Position numbers and translations under genes: made by a program
Notes under the pieces: model-generated
What the model saw: only the letters and a program-made list of their open reading frames with translations
Databases searched by the model: none
Told to the model about the DNA's origin: nothing
Shown here: one piece after another, positions 39,501 to 52,486 of the stretch
How the letters are laid out: every line of letters begins with the position of its first letter
Numbering within the stretch: position 1 is the stretch's first letter
Assembly: GCA_964016885.1 (NCBI GenBank)
Contig: OZ024741.1
Location: 395,932,001 to 395,996,000, forward strand
DNA length: 64,000 bases
DNA from: Eledone cirrhosa
Lineage: Eukaryota
Reading direction: 5' to 3'

Positions 39501-39964
39501 ACATTACTCTATAGATACTATTGTATTTTCATAGTAAAGGCTTTACCTCACATAATATCTCACATAACATTTACATTATATATACTATTATATTTTCACA
39601 GAAAAGGCTGTATCTCTTATAATTGTCTCACATAATATTGAATCTGAGATTTTGATATTATTTATTCTGAGGGCGGTGAATTGGCAGTATCGGTAGAGCA
39701 TCAGACACCATGCTTTACCGCATAGAGTTATGGCCCTTTGCATTCTGAGTTCAAATCCCGCCGAGGTTAACTTTGCCTTTCATCCTTACGGGGTCGATAA
39801 AATAAAGTACCAGTAATGCACTGGGATAATTGCTGGCCTTGTGCCAAAAATAGAAACAATTATTTATTGTGAGAACATCGGTATGAGAGGCCGGTTACTA
39901 CCGGTTTTAACAGAAAGGGATGAGAGAATTCTGGCCGGATATGGCCAGTTTAAATGCTAAAGGG
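36552..39964. mobile_element. piggyBac-like MITE A expanded by an internal array and a SINE insertion
   Basis: Both TTAA/TIR ends are intact. The SINE at about 39671-39860 has a ttatttatt(c/g)tgag duplication. Confidence 0.85.
36559..39635. repeat. 60/72-bp tandem array, roughly 46 copies
   Basis: Unit acatttacattactctatatatactattgtattttcacagtaaaggctttacctcacata, with or without atatctcacata. Confidence 0.97.
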
Positions 39965-40099
39965 TTAAAGAAAGAGCCAAAAGAAATACCACCTCATCAT
40001 TTTCTCTGATACTCTACCAATTCACCTCTCTATATAACAATATTACAAGCACACACTGCAATACTTCACTTATTAACTCTGTATTTTCATCTTTTGTAG

Positions 40100-40287
40100 G
40101 GTTTTGGTGAAGCTGATGTAGAAGCTGTCCCAAAAAGGAAAGAAAAGAAGATTATTGATGATGATGACGACGATGATGATGATGATAATGATCAAGACCA
40201 GAGCAATTTGAACGATGATAACAATGAAGTTCTCCCGCAGGTGTCGGACGATGAAAATGATGATATGGTTCGAGATTCACAGAGAGA
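40100..40287 (+). CDS. IWS1: IWS1 homolog, exon 7 (GFGEADVE...poly-D...DSQR)
   Basis: ttttgtag acceptor, GA|gtaagt donor, phases 0/2. Confidence 0.9.
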
Positions 40288-40394
40288 GTAAGTATTTGAA
40301 CATTTAAATATGAGAAACCCTTAATTTTCAGGCATTGATATTATTGGGTGTTTGGAGAAATGAAGCGTCATTGTAATGTTAGGTACTGATTACA

Positions 40395-42482
40395 TAATAA
40401 TAAGGAAATTATTGTGTACAGTGTTCAGGTGCGGTGCATGTATAGTACATAGAATAATATACAAATGTCAGGGAAATGAATAGTGTATGAGTCATGATAT
40501 ACATGTGTGCATGTGTATGAAGGGGGAATATTAGGTGTAGTGTTGGCGAATCTCAGGAAGCATGGAGGTATTAAAGGATGCAGTGTCCCGACAGCTAACA
40601 ACTGATGCAGGTAGTTTGTTCCATGGAGGTTTTAAAGGATGCAGTGTCCCGACAGCTAACAGCTAATGCAGGTAGTTTGTTACATGGAGGTTTTAATGGA
40701 TGCAGTGTCCCGACAGCTAACAACTGATGCAGGTAGTTTGTTCCATGGAGGTTTTAAAGGATGCAGTGTCCCGACAGCTAACAACTGATGCAGGTAGTTT
40801 GTTCCATGGAGGTTTTAAAGGATGCAGTGTCTCGACAGCTAACAACTGATGCAGGTAGTTTGTTCCATGGAGGTTTTAAAGGATGCAGTGTCTCGACAGC
40901 TAACAACTGATGCAGGTAGTTTGTTCCATGGAGGTTTTAAAGGATGCAGTGTCCCGACAGCTAACAACTGATGCAGGTAGTTTGTTCCATGGAGGTTTTA
41001 AAGGATGCAGTGTCCCGACAGCTAACAACTGATGCAGGTAGTTTGTTCCATGGAGGTTTTAAAGGATGCAGTGTCTCGACAGCTAACAACTGATGCAGGT
41101 AGTTTGTTCCATGGAGGTTTTAAAGGATGCAGTGTCTCGACAGCTAACAACTGATGCAGGTAGTTTGTTCCATGGAGGTTTTAAAGGATGCAGTGTCCCG
41201 ACAGCTAACAACTGATGCAGGTAGTTTGTTCCATGGAGGTTTTAAAGGATGCAGTGTCTCGACAGCTAACAACTGATGCAGGTAGTTTGTTCTATGGAGG
41301 TTTTAAAGGATGTAGTGTCTCGACAGTTAACAACTGATGCAGGTAGTTTGTTCCAAGGCGGTTCTAAAGGATGCAGTGTCTCGACAGCTAACAACTGATG
41401 CAGGTAGTTTGTTCCATGGAGGTTTTAAAGGATGTAGTGTCTCGACAGTTAACAACTGATGCAGGTAATTTGTTCCAAGGCGGTTTTAAAGGATGCAGTG
41501 TCTCGACAGCTAACAACTGATGCAGGTAGTTTGTTCCATGGAGGTTTTAAAGGATGCAGTGTCTCGACAGCTAACAACTGATGCAGATAGTTTGTTCCAT
41601 GGAAGTTTTAAAGGATGCAGTGTCTCGACAGCTAACAACTGATGCAGGTAGTTTGTTCCATGGAGGTTTTAAAGGATGCAGTGTCTCGACAGCTAACAAC
41701 TGATGCAGGTAGTTTGTTCCATGGAGGTTTTAAAGGATGTAGTGTCTCGACAGTTAACAACTGATGCAGGTAATTTGTTCCAAGGCGGTTTTAAAGGATA
41801 CAGTGTCTCGACAGCTAACAACTGATGCAGGTAGTTTGTTCCAAGGCGGTTTTAAAGGATGCAGTGTCTCGACAGCTAACAACTGATGCAGATAGTTTGT
41901 TCCATGGAAGTTTTAAAGGATGCAGTGTCTCGACAGCTAACAACTGATGCAGGTAGTTTGTTCCATGGAGGTTTTAAAGGATGCAGTGTCTCGACAACTA
42001 ACAACTGATGCAGGTAGTTTGTTCCATGGAGGTTTTAAAGGATGTAGTGTCTCGACAGCTAACAACTGATGCAGGTAGTTTGTTCCATGGAGGTTTTAAA
42101 GGATAGAGTGTCTCGACAGCTAACAACTGATGCAGGTAGTTTGTTCCATGGAGGTTTTAAAGGATAGAGTGTCTCGACAGCTAACAACTGATGCAGGTAG
42201 TTTGTTCCATGGAGGTTTTAAAGAATGTAGTGTCTCGACAGCTACCAACTGCTGCAGGTAGTTTGTTCCATGTTTCAGCAACTCTGAGCGTGAAAAAATG
42301 TTTCCGAAAGTCATGGGTGCTGTGCTGTTTTCTGACTTTGTAGGCATGCCCATGTGTGTTAGACACATGGAAATCAAAAAGCTACTCAGGGTTGTTGTTG
42401 GCAAGATAGTAATAATTTTGTGGGTGTTTACCAAGTCAGTTGTCATACGTCGGAGCTTCGATGCATCCAGGGAAGCAAGGTG
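40395..42482 (-). mobile_element. CR1-like LINE 3' fragment with 28 tandem 61-bp units (40561-42272)
   Basis: 1708 bp between terminal CATG motifs = 28x61; the upstream ORF remnant LASLDASKLRRMTTDLVNTHKI is CR1-type. Confidence 0.9.
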
Positions 42483-42847
42483 TTCGATGTGACTTTGGTT
42501 CATTTAAGTCATGGAAAGGATGATAGTTTGTTTGCTATAATCCTCATCTATGGCATCCCTAGCCTGTCATTACAGTGCCACTACAATACCAGGTTTGACA
42601 TGGCTCTACCAGTCAGGACAAATGGCATGATCATTGAAAGTAGGCATGACTATTGGTACATTGTCATATACCATGCATCATCATCATCACCACTACCATT
42701 TAATGTCTATTTTCCATGCTTGTAATGAGGCTAGGCAGGTCAGGTGACCACTTCTTGTTCATATGTTCAGTTTTGGGGGTTGGTTTCTACAGCTGGAGGC
42801 CCTTCCTAAGTGCAACCACTTTACTGTAATTATTGGGAACATTTTAT

Positions 42848-44417
42848 TATGGCACCAGCACTATCACCTTACAGAGTGGACTTTTATCATGGCACCAGCA
42901 CTACCACCTTACAGGGTGGACTGGATGACTTTTATCATAGTACCAACACTACCACCTTACAGGGTGGACTGGATGACTTTTATCATAGTACCAACACTAC
43001 CACCTTACAGGGTGGACTGGATGACTTTTATCATAGTACCAGCACTACCACCTTACAGGGTGGACTGGATGTCTTTTATCATAGTACCAACACTACCACC
43101 TTACAGGGTGGACTGGATGACTTTTATCATAGTACCAGCACTACCACCTTACAGGGTGGACTGGATGTCTTTTATCATAGTACCAACACTACCACCTTAC
43201 AGGGTGGACTGGATGTCTTTTATCATAGTACCAGCACTACCACCTTACAGGGTGGACTGGATGTCTTTTATCATAGTACCAGCACTACCACCTTACAGGG
43301 TGGACTGGATGACTTTTATCATAGTACCAACACTACCACCTTACAGGGTGGACTGGGTGACTTTTATCATAGTACCAACACTACCACCTTACAGGGTGGA
43401 CTGGATGACTTTTATCATAGTACCAACACTACCACCTTACAGGGTGGACTGGGTGACTTTTATCATAGTACCAACACTACCACCTTACAGGGTGGACTGG
43501 GTGACTTTTATCATAGTACCAACACTACCACCTTACAGGGTGGACTGGGTGACTTTTATCATAGTACCAACACTACCACCTTACAGGGTGGACTGGGTGA
43601 CTTTTATCATAGTACCAACACTACCACCTTACAGGGTGGACTGGATGACTTTTATCATAGTACCAACACTACCACCTTACAGGGTGGACTGGATGACTTT
43701 TATCATAGTACCAACACTACCACCTTACAGGGTGGACTGGGTGACTTTTATCATAGTACCAACACTACCACCTTACAGGGTGGACTGGATGACTTTTATC
43801 ATAGTACCAACACTACCACCTTACAGGGTGGACTGGGTGACTTTTATCATAGTACCAACACTACCACCTTACAGGGTGGACTGGGTGACTTTTATCATAG
43901 TACCAACACTACCACCTTACAGGGTGGACTGGGTGACTTTTATCATAGTACCAACACTACCACCTTACAGGGTGGACTGGATGACTTTTATCATAGTACC
44001 AACACTACCACCTTACAGGGTGGACTGGATGACTTTTATCATAGTACCAACACTACCACCTTACAGGGTGGACTGGATGACTTTTATCATAGTACCAACA
44101 CTACCACCTTACAGGGTGGACTGGATGACTTTTATCATAGTACCAACACTACCACCTTACAGGGTGGACTGGATGACTTTTATCATAGTACCAACACTAC
44201 CACCTTACAGGGTGGACTGGATGACTTTTATCATAGTACCAACACTACCACCTTACAGGGTGGACTGGATGACTTTTATCATAGTACCAACACTACCACC
44301 TTACAGGGTGGACTGGATGACTTTTATCATAGTACCAACACTACCACCTTACAGGGTGGACTGGGTGACTTTTATCATAGTACCAACACTACCACCTTAC
44401 AGGGTGGACTGGGTGTG
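42848..44417. repeat. second 48-bp tandem array, about 32 copies
   Basis: Unit tatcatagtaccaacactaccaccttacagggtggactggatgacttt; follows the parent element sequence tttctacagctggaggcccttccta. Confidence 0.97.
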
Positions 44418-44567
44418 TCTTATTATGGTATAAACTGTATTATTATAATCTCTTATTGCATTTTATTATGTTTCTTCAAATCCAACTGCATGCCTCGGTT
44501 GTGACTGATCCCAACTTTTAAATCAAAAGAATTCTAATGCTCTTCCTCTTATTTACTTTCCAACCAG

Positions 44568-44715
44568 GGATTTTGTATCCGACTTCGATGTTATGTTAGA
44601 AAAGAAGAAAGCTGAACGACAGGGGAATCGTCGCAGACGGAAAGACATCGACATAATTAATGACAATGATGACCTTATTGCTGACATGGTACAGAAGATG
44701 AAGTTAGCTGCTGAA
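44568..44715 (+). CDS. IWS1: IWS1 homolog, exon 8 (DFVSDFDVMLEKKK...MKLAAE)
   Basis: aaccag acceptor and GAA|gtaaac donor. Corresponds to the conserved IWS1 SDFEMML...KMNEAAE segment. Confidence 0.93.
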
Positions 44716-44902
44716 GTAAACTTTCATTTTTATCTCTCATGTTCTATATTTCTGCCTATTAGATCTCTCTCTCTCTCTCCTACTTCATCTTTGTGTTTTT
44801 TTATCTATAGTTCTTAATTCTGTTTTTCATTTACTGAAATGCCAATCATTTGTCTCTATCACCAAATTAATTTTTTTGGATACCTGCGTTTAGGCCCCTC
44901 AG

Positions 44903-45063
44903 CACTCTCCACAAAACTGCACACTCCACAAGACTGCACTCTCCACAAGACTGCACACACCACAAAACTGCACACCCCACAAAACTGCACACTCCACAAA
45001 ACTGCACTCTCCACAAGACTGCACACTCCACAAAACTGCACTCTCCACAAGACTGCACTCTCC
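44903..45063. repeat. 17-bp minisatellite, about 9 copies
   Basis: Unit ctccacaa(a/g)actgcac(a/t). Confidence 0.9.
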
Positions 45064-45336
45064 CTAGCGTGGTCAGTAGCACTGTACAGCTGCGAAACCT
45101 GAACACTACAAACCACTGTTCAGTGTATTAATGATCAGAAAGTGCTGACACAAGATGTATGAATCTCTCTTTAAAGTGTTGTCAGAAAGTGTTGACACAT
45201 CATCAGTATCATCACATCATTTAATGTCCACTTTCCCTGCTAGCAAAGGTTGAACAGGTCAACACAAACCAAGTCAGTATTGAAGCAGAGCTACTAACCT
45301 CCCAGACAGGAGGAGTGCAGAGGAGATTGCTGGTAA

Positions 45337-45394
<58 letters not shown>

Positions 45395-45449
45395 GATTAA
45401 AAGTTTCAACTAAAACATTTTTTCTTTTCTTTGTTCATCTTTCTTGTAG

Positions 45450-45532
45450 GAAGATAGAGACTTAAATCAAACAAAAAAAGCTGCCACAAAGAAACTTAAA
45501 TACCTTCCATTTGTTTATTCTCAACTTAAAAA
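45450..45532 (+). CDS. IWS1: IWS1 homolog, exon 9 (EDRDLNQTKKAATKKLKYLPFVYSQLK)
   Basis: Canonical splice sites; matches EDRQLN..KKPALKKL of IWS1. Confidence 0.93.
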
Positions 45533-45829
45533 GTAAGTTGTTTTCTTTTATGAAACTCTTTCTAATCTAAGGAAGGTTCCATAGAAGTAGTCGATAGCTT
45601 CTGTTACCTGTTACCAAGGTGATCCAATTAGTAATGGAGGAAGGTGATCTGAGAGCTCTATATAGTAGCTGGAACAAGACCAAGGTGGAAAAATGTCATG
45701 GAACTGTTACCCCTGATAGCAATGAAGGGATTTTCTGTGTGTGAAGAGTAGATTACATGGTCTTAGTCTTAGGTTCTTCCGTGACTTTCGGCACATCAAG
45801 CAGTAATTAGTCACCAACAGTCACGATCA

Positions 45830-46090
45830 GCAGCAGCTTTTTCGCATCCATGCCAAGTGATGTTGACTGCCATCAGGTCTTTTTGGAACATTCATCGCTA
45901 GGTGATCCTAGGGCGACCCCGTTTCCGTTTGCCACCAGGTGGAGTAGAGCTCATCACCATTTTTTAGTGTCATTCGTTGGGCAGGCGCAGAATATGGCCA
46001 ACCAGGCATCACCAGCTCTCCGCAGGATTTCCTCGTTTCACACTCAGTCGCGCCAGGAGACACAAAGGATCCTTTGCAGGCATGGTTGGT
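45830..46090 (-). mobile_element. decayed RTE-like fragment (family 3)
   Basis: Minus strand reads W.GHILRLP and GGKRKRGRP, with stops and frameshifts. Confidence 0.55.
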
Positions 46091-47869
46091 GGAATTACAT
46101 GGACAAGTTTCTTTACTATAGATATGGGACAACCCAAACCTTGTGAGTGAAATAGGCTTTGCCACACACATACTGTGCCATGCTGAATCATCATCATCAA
46201 CATCGTTTAATGTCTATCCTCCACGCATGGGTTAGATGGGAGTTGTCCCACTTGAGGCAAGATTGGTCAACTGACCATGTCTCGCTCGTATAGGACTATC
46301 TGGCATGTTTTCTACAGTTGGATGCCCTTCCTAACACCAACCACATTTACAGTGTGGACTGGGAGCTTTTTACCGTGTTACCTACATGGCCACATTACAG
46401 CGTGGACTGTGTTTTTTTTGTCGTGACACCTACACGATCTCAGTTTGGACTAGATGTTGTGGGACCAACATAACTTTACAGAGAAAGGGTGGTGTTGGCA
46501 GGAGTGGGGTAGTGGGTTGGGGTGTGTTTGGTTTGGAGGGGCCTTCTGACTAGGTTAGCTTTGCTGAATCTCCCTGACAATTGAATTAAGGGTGCCTGAT
46601 TCTGTGGAATACTCAACCACCTACACTATAGCACAAGATGGACTGTACTGTTAATTCAAAGGTCCAGCTTTACCACATACTGTCTCGTGCTGAATCTCCC
46701 TGAGAATTGAATTAAGGGTGCGTGTGTCTGGAATACTCAGCCACTTTATATTAACTCACAAGTTGGATATTCTATTGATTGGACAACTGAATGTTCATCA
46801 TAGAAACTGATGAAGATCCATCATCATCATCACTGATTATATTAAAAATATCTAAACTATAATAAAGTAAGGAGTGCGGGACTGCGCCCAGAATATATTT
46901 TTTTATCCCGTTTTTAAAATAAGTTGGATTACTTTGTGAATAAATAATGAATCAATATTACATAATTTATCTACTAAATGTCGTTATGCTTGATTAAATC
47001 TAAATAATTTTGTTGCTTATTTTAAGATTCACTTCTTTAAAATTTTCAAATGTCAACACTTCCGGTTAGCAATCGCTTAAATAAACATTCATATATTTCT
47101 GTCGCTAATTTTCTCCTAATGCAGTTTATATATAATATAGTCTTTTTTTAATGTATCATGGATTACGTTACTGATTACATAAGACAGTGTAACACAGATT
47201 CTCTTCAATTTCTGTGTATATTGTCAATTGTGATTTTATTTGATGTATCATATCTACATGCATATATACTTGCGTATAATATCAATATACACACTACACA
47301 TGAGAGCAGAAATACCACACAAAGAGGGTGGTTTTTCTGCTAGTGTATATAAAAAAATGGAGGTGGCTGTTGCTGGCCATTATCTGCAGCCTTTCCCATT
47401 TTGTCCATGGGGTGCAGCCAAAACACTGCTCTGACTTAAGTGTAGATTTTGTTACCTCCCCTTCACCCTTTTGTTGCCTATTAATTCTTCCTGTCTCTCT
47501 CCTCCTTTTCATCTTATAACATTTATAGTCCTTTCCAATCCTACTTTTTTCTTTTATATTTGACTAAATATTAAATTCTTTATTATTTTTATGTAATTTT
47601 ATCCTAGAAATATATTTGGGTAGTTTGAAATAAAGTGTGTCCCATTCAGCCACTTTGATTTCTAGGGAGTGTAACTTGGAGTTACTGCAGGTTCACCCGG
47701 GAGAGCACTCGATGTTTAGGTTCACTTCTGTGTTGAGGTGTAGAGCTATACAGAGTGTAATATATTGAAAGGATAACAAGGACGATTGGTTACTCCTTCA
47801 TTACTTATACCATTTAAAGGGCCTGTCGAGGTGCCAATTATTGAGTCAGGTAAGATCCGAACTTCCATT

Positions 47870-47909
<40 letters not shown>

Positions 47910-48218
47910 CAAATGGAAGTTTAGTAAAATCTAAGTTTTGGCTGTGGCCAAGCTAACGATATACAATAAGGAATGTGCAGCAAAGCACTCGATAAGGCTG
48001 TGTCACCTTAGAGTAATAACATACATTAGATAGCTTGACAAATTGAAGACTGCGACAGGCGAGCCTAGCCACATGATACCAAAGCATATATATATATATA
48101 TGTGTATGTATGTGAGTGTGTGTGCATGTGTATATATATATATATATATAAAGATAGAATCTATTCTAGAGTAAGTTTTTTTATTTTTTTTTATTGTTTT
48201 TGTTGTTTTTCTCTGTAG

Positions 48219-48270
48219 AACTGATCTCCATATTGCCTTCCTTGATTGTGGAATATTAAGTGCTATGACA
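48219..48270 (+). CDS. IWS1: IWS1 homolog, exon 10 (TDLHIAFLDCGILSAMT)
   Basis: ctgtag / gtaagt sites, phases 2/0; IWS1 core domain. Confidence 0.92.
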
Positions 48271-48981
48271 GTAAGTACCTTTAGATTACCTTCTCAACGA
48301 CTCTTGTAATATTGTACCATTCCAACATTGTTTCAACAGTTGCACTTTACCATCTTCCTTGCAGAGTTGTTTTTAGCGGAGTCATTAAAACATTAGATAT
48401 TTGTTCTGAGTTCAAATGCACTGAGGCCCACGTGTAAGCAATTACACTTTAAATTAGGCTATCCATACCTAAATATATGTTTTATAATTAAGCTTTTATT
48501 TCTCATTGCTCCTTCTACCTGGAGTTGCGACCAATAGATAGTACTAGCAACTGGAAAGACCAACAAAAACATTGTTTCCTCGGTCCGATTTGACGAGAGT
48601 CAATCGATCCTTTTATATATTGATATATTATATTTTATAATTAAGTTCTCCATACAATAATCTATATGTAAATTTGAGCGACTTCCATCCATCCATCACA
48701 CATTGTGTATGTGTAAAAGGAAGGAAGGAGATGGTGAAAAAACTATAGCAAAACAGCGGCTAACGTTCCATTTGCTACGCTATGTGTGTTTGTCTGAGTG
48801 TGTGTTTCTGTAAGTGTCTGTTTGCACGTTTATATTTATATACTCATAGATATAAATGTAGGCATAACCACATACACACATACGCGTCAGCGTGTTGAAA
48901 AGAAATCCTAGTTTATTACAATAGCCAAGTTTGTAGACAACTATTTGTATTGTTATTTAATGTTTGCCTTGTTCTTTGTAG

Positions 48982-49059
48982 GAATGGTTGGCTCCATTAC
49001 CTGATCGGAGTTTACCTCATTTAACTATCAGAGAAAATTTCTTAAGAATTCTAATAGAG
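48982..49059 (+). CDS. IWS1: IWS1 homolog, exon 11 (EWLAPLPDRSLPHLTIRENFLRILIE)
   Basis: Diagnostic Spn1/IWS1 WL.PLPD.SLP motif; canonical splice sites. Confidence 0.96.
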
Positions 49060-50017
49060 GTAAGTTGTTTTTTCTTCTGAGTCTAATGTCTATTGGTTTT
49101 AATGGGTCATTGCAAATATAGTTTTAATGGGTTGTTGCAAATATATAGTTTTATGTTCATTAAAATACTTATTTGTCATTTTTATTATTTACAAAGTGAA
49201 GTTGTGTGGCTTAGTGGTTAGAGAATTGAATTCACAATCATGAGTTTGCAGGTTCAATTGCCATGACCGTATTTCTAATGAAATACACTTAATTAATAAA
49301 TGAAGAATTTCAAGGGATTACTAAAACTATTAATTATTTCATTACTATGATAGTAATTTAATGTAAGGTTCTTATACGGTTTTATTTCATAGAACCAGAG
49401 CTGGTCAGGTTGGTAACTAAAGGATTGACCCTTTCATCACTGCATTTCTAATGAAATACACTCCATTTCAATTAATTAATGAAGAATTTTGAAGGATTTA
49501 GTAAAATTAATAATTATTTCATTACTAAGATAGTAACTTAATGTAAGGCTTCTATATAAAATTATGTTGGAAGATTTGAATTTAAATTGGAAACTTTTAA
49601 AATGGGTGGTTTTATTTCATAGAATCAAAGCTGGTTTTGGCTGGGTTGGTAACTAAGCAAGACAGTTTATTTCACATTGCTCCTTCTGCCAGAAGTTGTG
49701 ACCAGTAGATAGTATCAGCAATGGAAAGACCAATGGAAACATTGTTTCCTTGGTCTGATTTGACGAAGTTCACCCCACTTGGTAAGCAAATGAGGTCTAG
49801 GATCTTGTTGATCGTTCCATTCTATTATTTACAAATGACTGGACAATGTCGTTAGAGTAGTGGATAAATAAAGTACCAGCAATGTATTCGTCCTATTAAT
49901 GAGAAAAATTACCATAATTGTATATTTGGAAACTTTGTCCTATTTATAAGAAAATGACCATAAGTGTAGATTTGAAAAGCTCTAAATATAATGTATTTTA
50001 TTTTTGTCTGTTTTCAG

Positions 50018-50135
50018 TTTCCCCCAATCGGAACAGATAGCTTAAAGAGCAGTGGTATAGGAAAAGCAGTGATGTATTTGTATAAACACCCCAAAGAGAC
50101 TCGAGGAAATAAAATCTGTGCTGGAAAACTAATAA
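50018..50135 (+). CDS. IWS1: IWS1 homolog, exon 12 (TFIIS N-terminal domain: [19 protein letters not shown])
   Basis: Diagnostic TND motif SGIG(K/R)[11 protein letters not shown]; ttttcag / gtaagt sites. Confidence 0.96.
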
Positions 50136-50167
50136 GTAAGTAAAGTTTTATTTATTACTTCTTCTGT

Positions 50168-50455
50168 AAAATGGTTGTGTTGGTGACACAACAAAAAGTG
50201 CCCAGCCCATACTGTAAAGTGGTCATGTAGGTATCACAACAAAAAGGGCCCAGCCCACACTGTAAAGTGGTCATGTAGGTATCACAACAAAAAGTGCCCA
50301 GTCCACACTGTAAAATTGTGTAGGTATCACAACAAAAAGTGCCCAGTCCACACTGTAAAGTTGTGTAGGTATCACGACAAAAAGTGCCCAGTCCACACTG
50401 TAAAGTGGTCATGTAGGAGCTACAATAAGTGTCCAGTCCACACTGTAAATGTGGT
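50168..50455. repeat. short array (about 6 units of 45-48 bp) of the same SINE segment, opposite orientation
   Basis: acaacaaaaagtgcccagtccacactgtaaagtggtcatgtaggtatc repeated, continuing into ttaggaagggtatccagctgtaga. Confidence 0.85.
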
Positions 50456-50950
50456 TAACATTAGGAAGGGTATCCAGCTGTAGAATCCAACACAGAAACA
50501 ATTCTGTGTGAGCAAAATATGGTCCTCCAACCTGACTTGTCTCATGAGTGCAAACTAACTAACTTACTTTCTTTCAATAATTATTTACAATGAATGTTAA
50601 TACTTACACTAGATTTGATATAAACACTACAGCTATTTAATCTGCCACAACTACAGTATATACTCGAATATAAGCCAACCCCCTATTTTACATATTAGAA
50701 ATAGGCAAAAATCCAAGCCTTGTGTATAAGTCAAGGCTGCTAATTAACATACAATGTTTAAATGGCGTGATTTATAAATTCCCATGAGTGGAGAATATAT
50801 TTATGAAGTTTTGATATTTAAAATGTTTGAAGTGTGATTTAGAGGATAGTTTTTATTTCACAATTTCATTACATAAGGAGTTTTTATCAATTTCTGGCTG
50901 TTTTGAAGGCCATATTCACTTAAAAATATAAAAAACAATAGAAAGAATGA

Positions 50951-51139
50951 ATTACACGTTGAAAGTGAAACTGGTGTAATATTACACCTCCAAAGTGAGA
51001 CTGGTGTAATATTACACCTCCAAAGTGAAACTGGTGTAATATTACACCTCCAAAGTGAAACTGGTGTAATATTCACCTCCTAAGTGAAACTGGTGTAATA
51101 TTCACCTCCTAAGTGAAACTGGTTTAATATTCACCTCCA
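50951..51139. repeat. 29/30-bp tandem repeat, about 6 copies, with a palindromic junction
   Basis: Unit attacacctccaaagtgaaactggtgtaat. Confidence 0.9.
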
Positions 51140-51474
51140 TGGAGGCACATGGCTTAGTGGTTAGAGCATTGGGCTTGCAATCAAAATGTTGTGAGTTCAA
51201 TTCTCAGATCGGGTGATGTGTTGTTTCCTTGAGCAAGACATTTATTTCACATTGCTCCAGTTTACCCAGCTCTAGAAATGAGTTGATAGGACTGGGGTCC
51301 CTATCATTCCACTGCAAAGTGGTCATGGAGGTGTCACAGCAAAAAAGCACCCAGCAACTCACTGTAAATGAAGTTGGTGTTAGGAATGGCATCCAGCTGT
51401 AGAAATCAAGCCAGAATCAGTTCCCATCCCACCCTTGCAAGCAGGGAAAAGCGGACGTAAAATGATAATGATGA
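51140..51474 (+). mobile_element. tRNA-derived SINE family 1
   Basis: Full-length copy with A/B boxes and ATG tail. Confidence 0.9.
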
Positions 51475-51636
51475 AAGCAAAAATATTTTATTGCACTGCA
51501 TTTACGTAGAGTTTGAAGGTGACTCCCATTTATGATGAATTTTAACTCACACATTGAAAATTAACATTGAACTAGCCAAACCTATTTTTAGATATTTTCT
51601 ACTAAATCGTTACAAACAAAGCTTGTAAAAAAAAAA

Positions 51637-51865
51637 GTTAAAATTTTGAAACTAAAAATAAAACAGTTAAAATTTTGAAACTAAAAGGTAAAACAGTTAA
51701 AATTTTGAAACTAAAAGGTAAAACAGTTAAAATTTTGAAACTAAAAGGTAAAACAGTTAAAATTTTGAAACTAAAAAATAAAACAGTTAAAATTTTTGAA
51801 ACTAAAGTATAAAATAGTTAAAAATTTTGAAATTAAAATATAAAAGTTAAAATTGTGAAACTATA
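51637..51865. repeat. A-rich ~30-bp tandem repeat, about 8 copies
   Basis: Unit gttaaaattttgaaactaaaaggtaaaaca. Confidence 0.9.
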
Positions 51866-51870
51866 ATATA

Positions 51871-52486
51871 ACCCTGAGCACCTTTTTGATTTCCATGTGT
51901 CTAACACACGTGGGCATGCCAACAAAGTCAGAAAACAGCACAGCTCCCATGACTTTCGGAAACATTTTTCATGCTCAGAGTTGCTGAAGCATGGAACAAA
52001 CTACCTGCATCAGTTGTTAGTTGTCGTGACACTGCATCCTTTAAAACCTCCATGGAACAAACTACCTCCATCAGTTGTTAGCTGTCGAGACACTGCATCC
52101 TTTAAAACCTCCATGGAACAAACTACCTGCATCAGTTGTTAGTTGTCGTGACACTGCATCCTTTAAAACCTCCATGGAACAAACTACCTGCATCAGTTGT
52201 TAGTTGTCGAGACACTGCATCCTTTAAAACCTCCATGGAACAAACTACCTGCATCAGTTGTTAGTTGTCGTGACACTGCATCCTTTAATACCTCCATGCT
52301 TCCTGAGATTCGCCAACACTACACCTAATATTCCCTCTCTATACACACGCACACATGTATATCATGACTCATACACTATTCACCTCCCTGACATTTGTAT
52401 ATTATTCTATGTACTATACATGTACCTTTTATGAGTTGAAGTGCACCAGAGCACTGTACATAATAATTTCATTATTATTATTATTA
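51871..52486 (+). mobile_element. CR1-like LINE 3' fragment with 5 tandem 61-bp units (51990-52298)
   Basis: 305 bp between CATG motifs = 5x61; the (ATT)n tail ends about 18 nt before exon 13. Confidence 0.9.

Noticed and set aside
36532-39635. 1016-aa hydrophobic repeat ORF
   Set aside because: Translation of a 60/72-bp MITE-derived array whose unit lengths are multiples of 3.
40561-42272. CRISPR-like appearance of regular repeats (also the other arrays)
   Set aside because: The units are head-to-tail with no unique spacers, there are no cas genes, and the context is a eukaryotic intron.
42763-44504. 556- and 564-aa ORFs
   Set aside because: Translations of the second 48-bp array; the variants are non-synonymous and there is no splice context.
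47860-47921. 15-bp inverted repeat around (TA)n as another ribozyme element
   Set aside because: The hairpin is real (aacttccatttgtat / atacaaatggaagtt), but no CUGANGA/GAAA core was found nearby.
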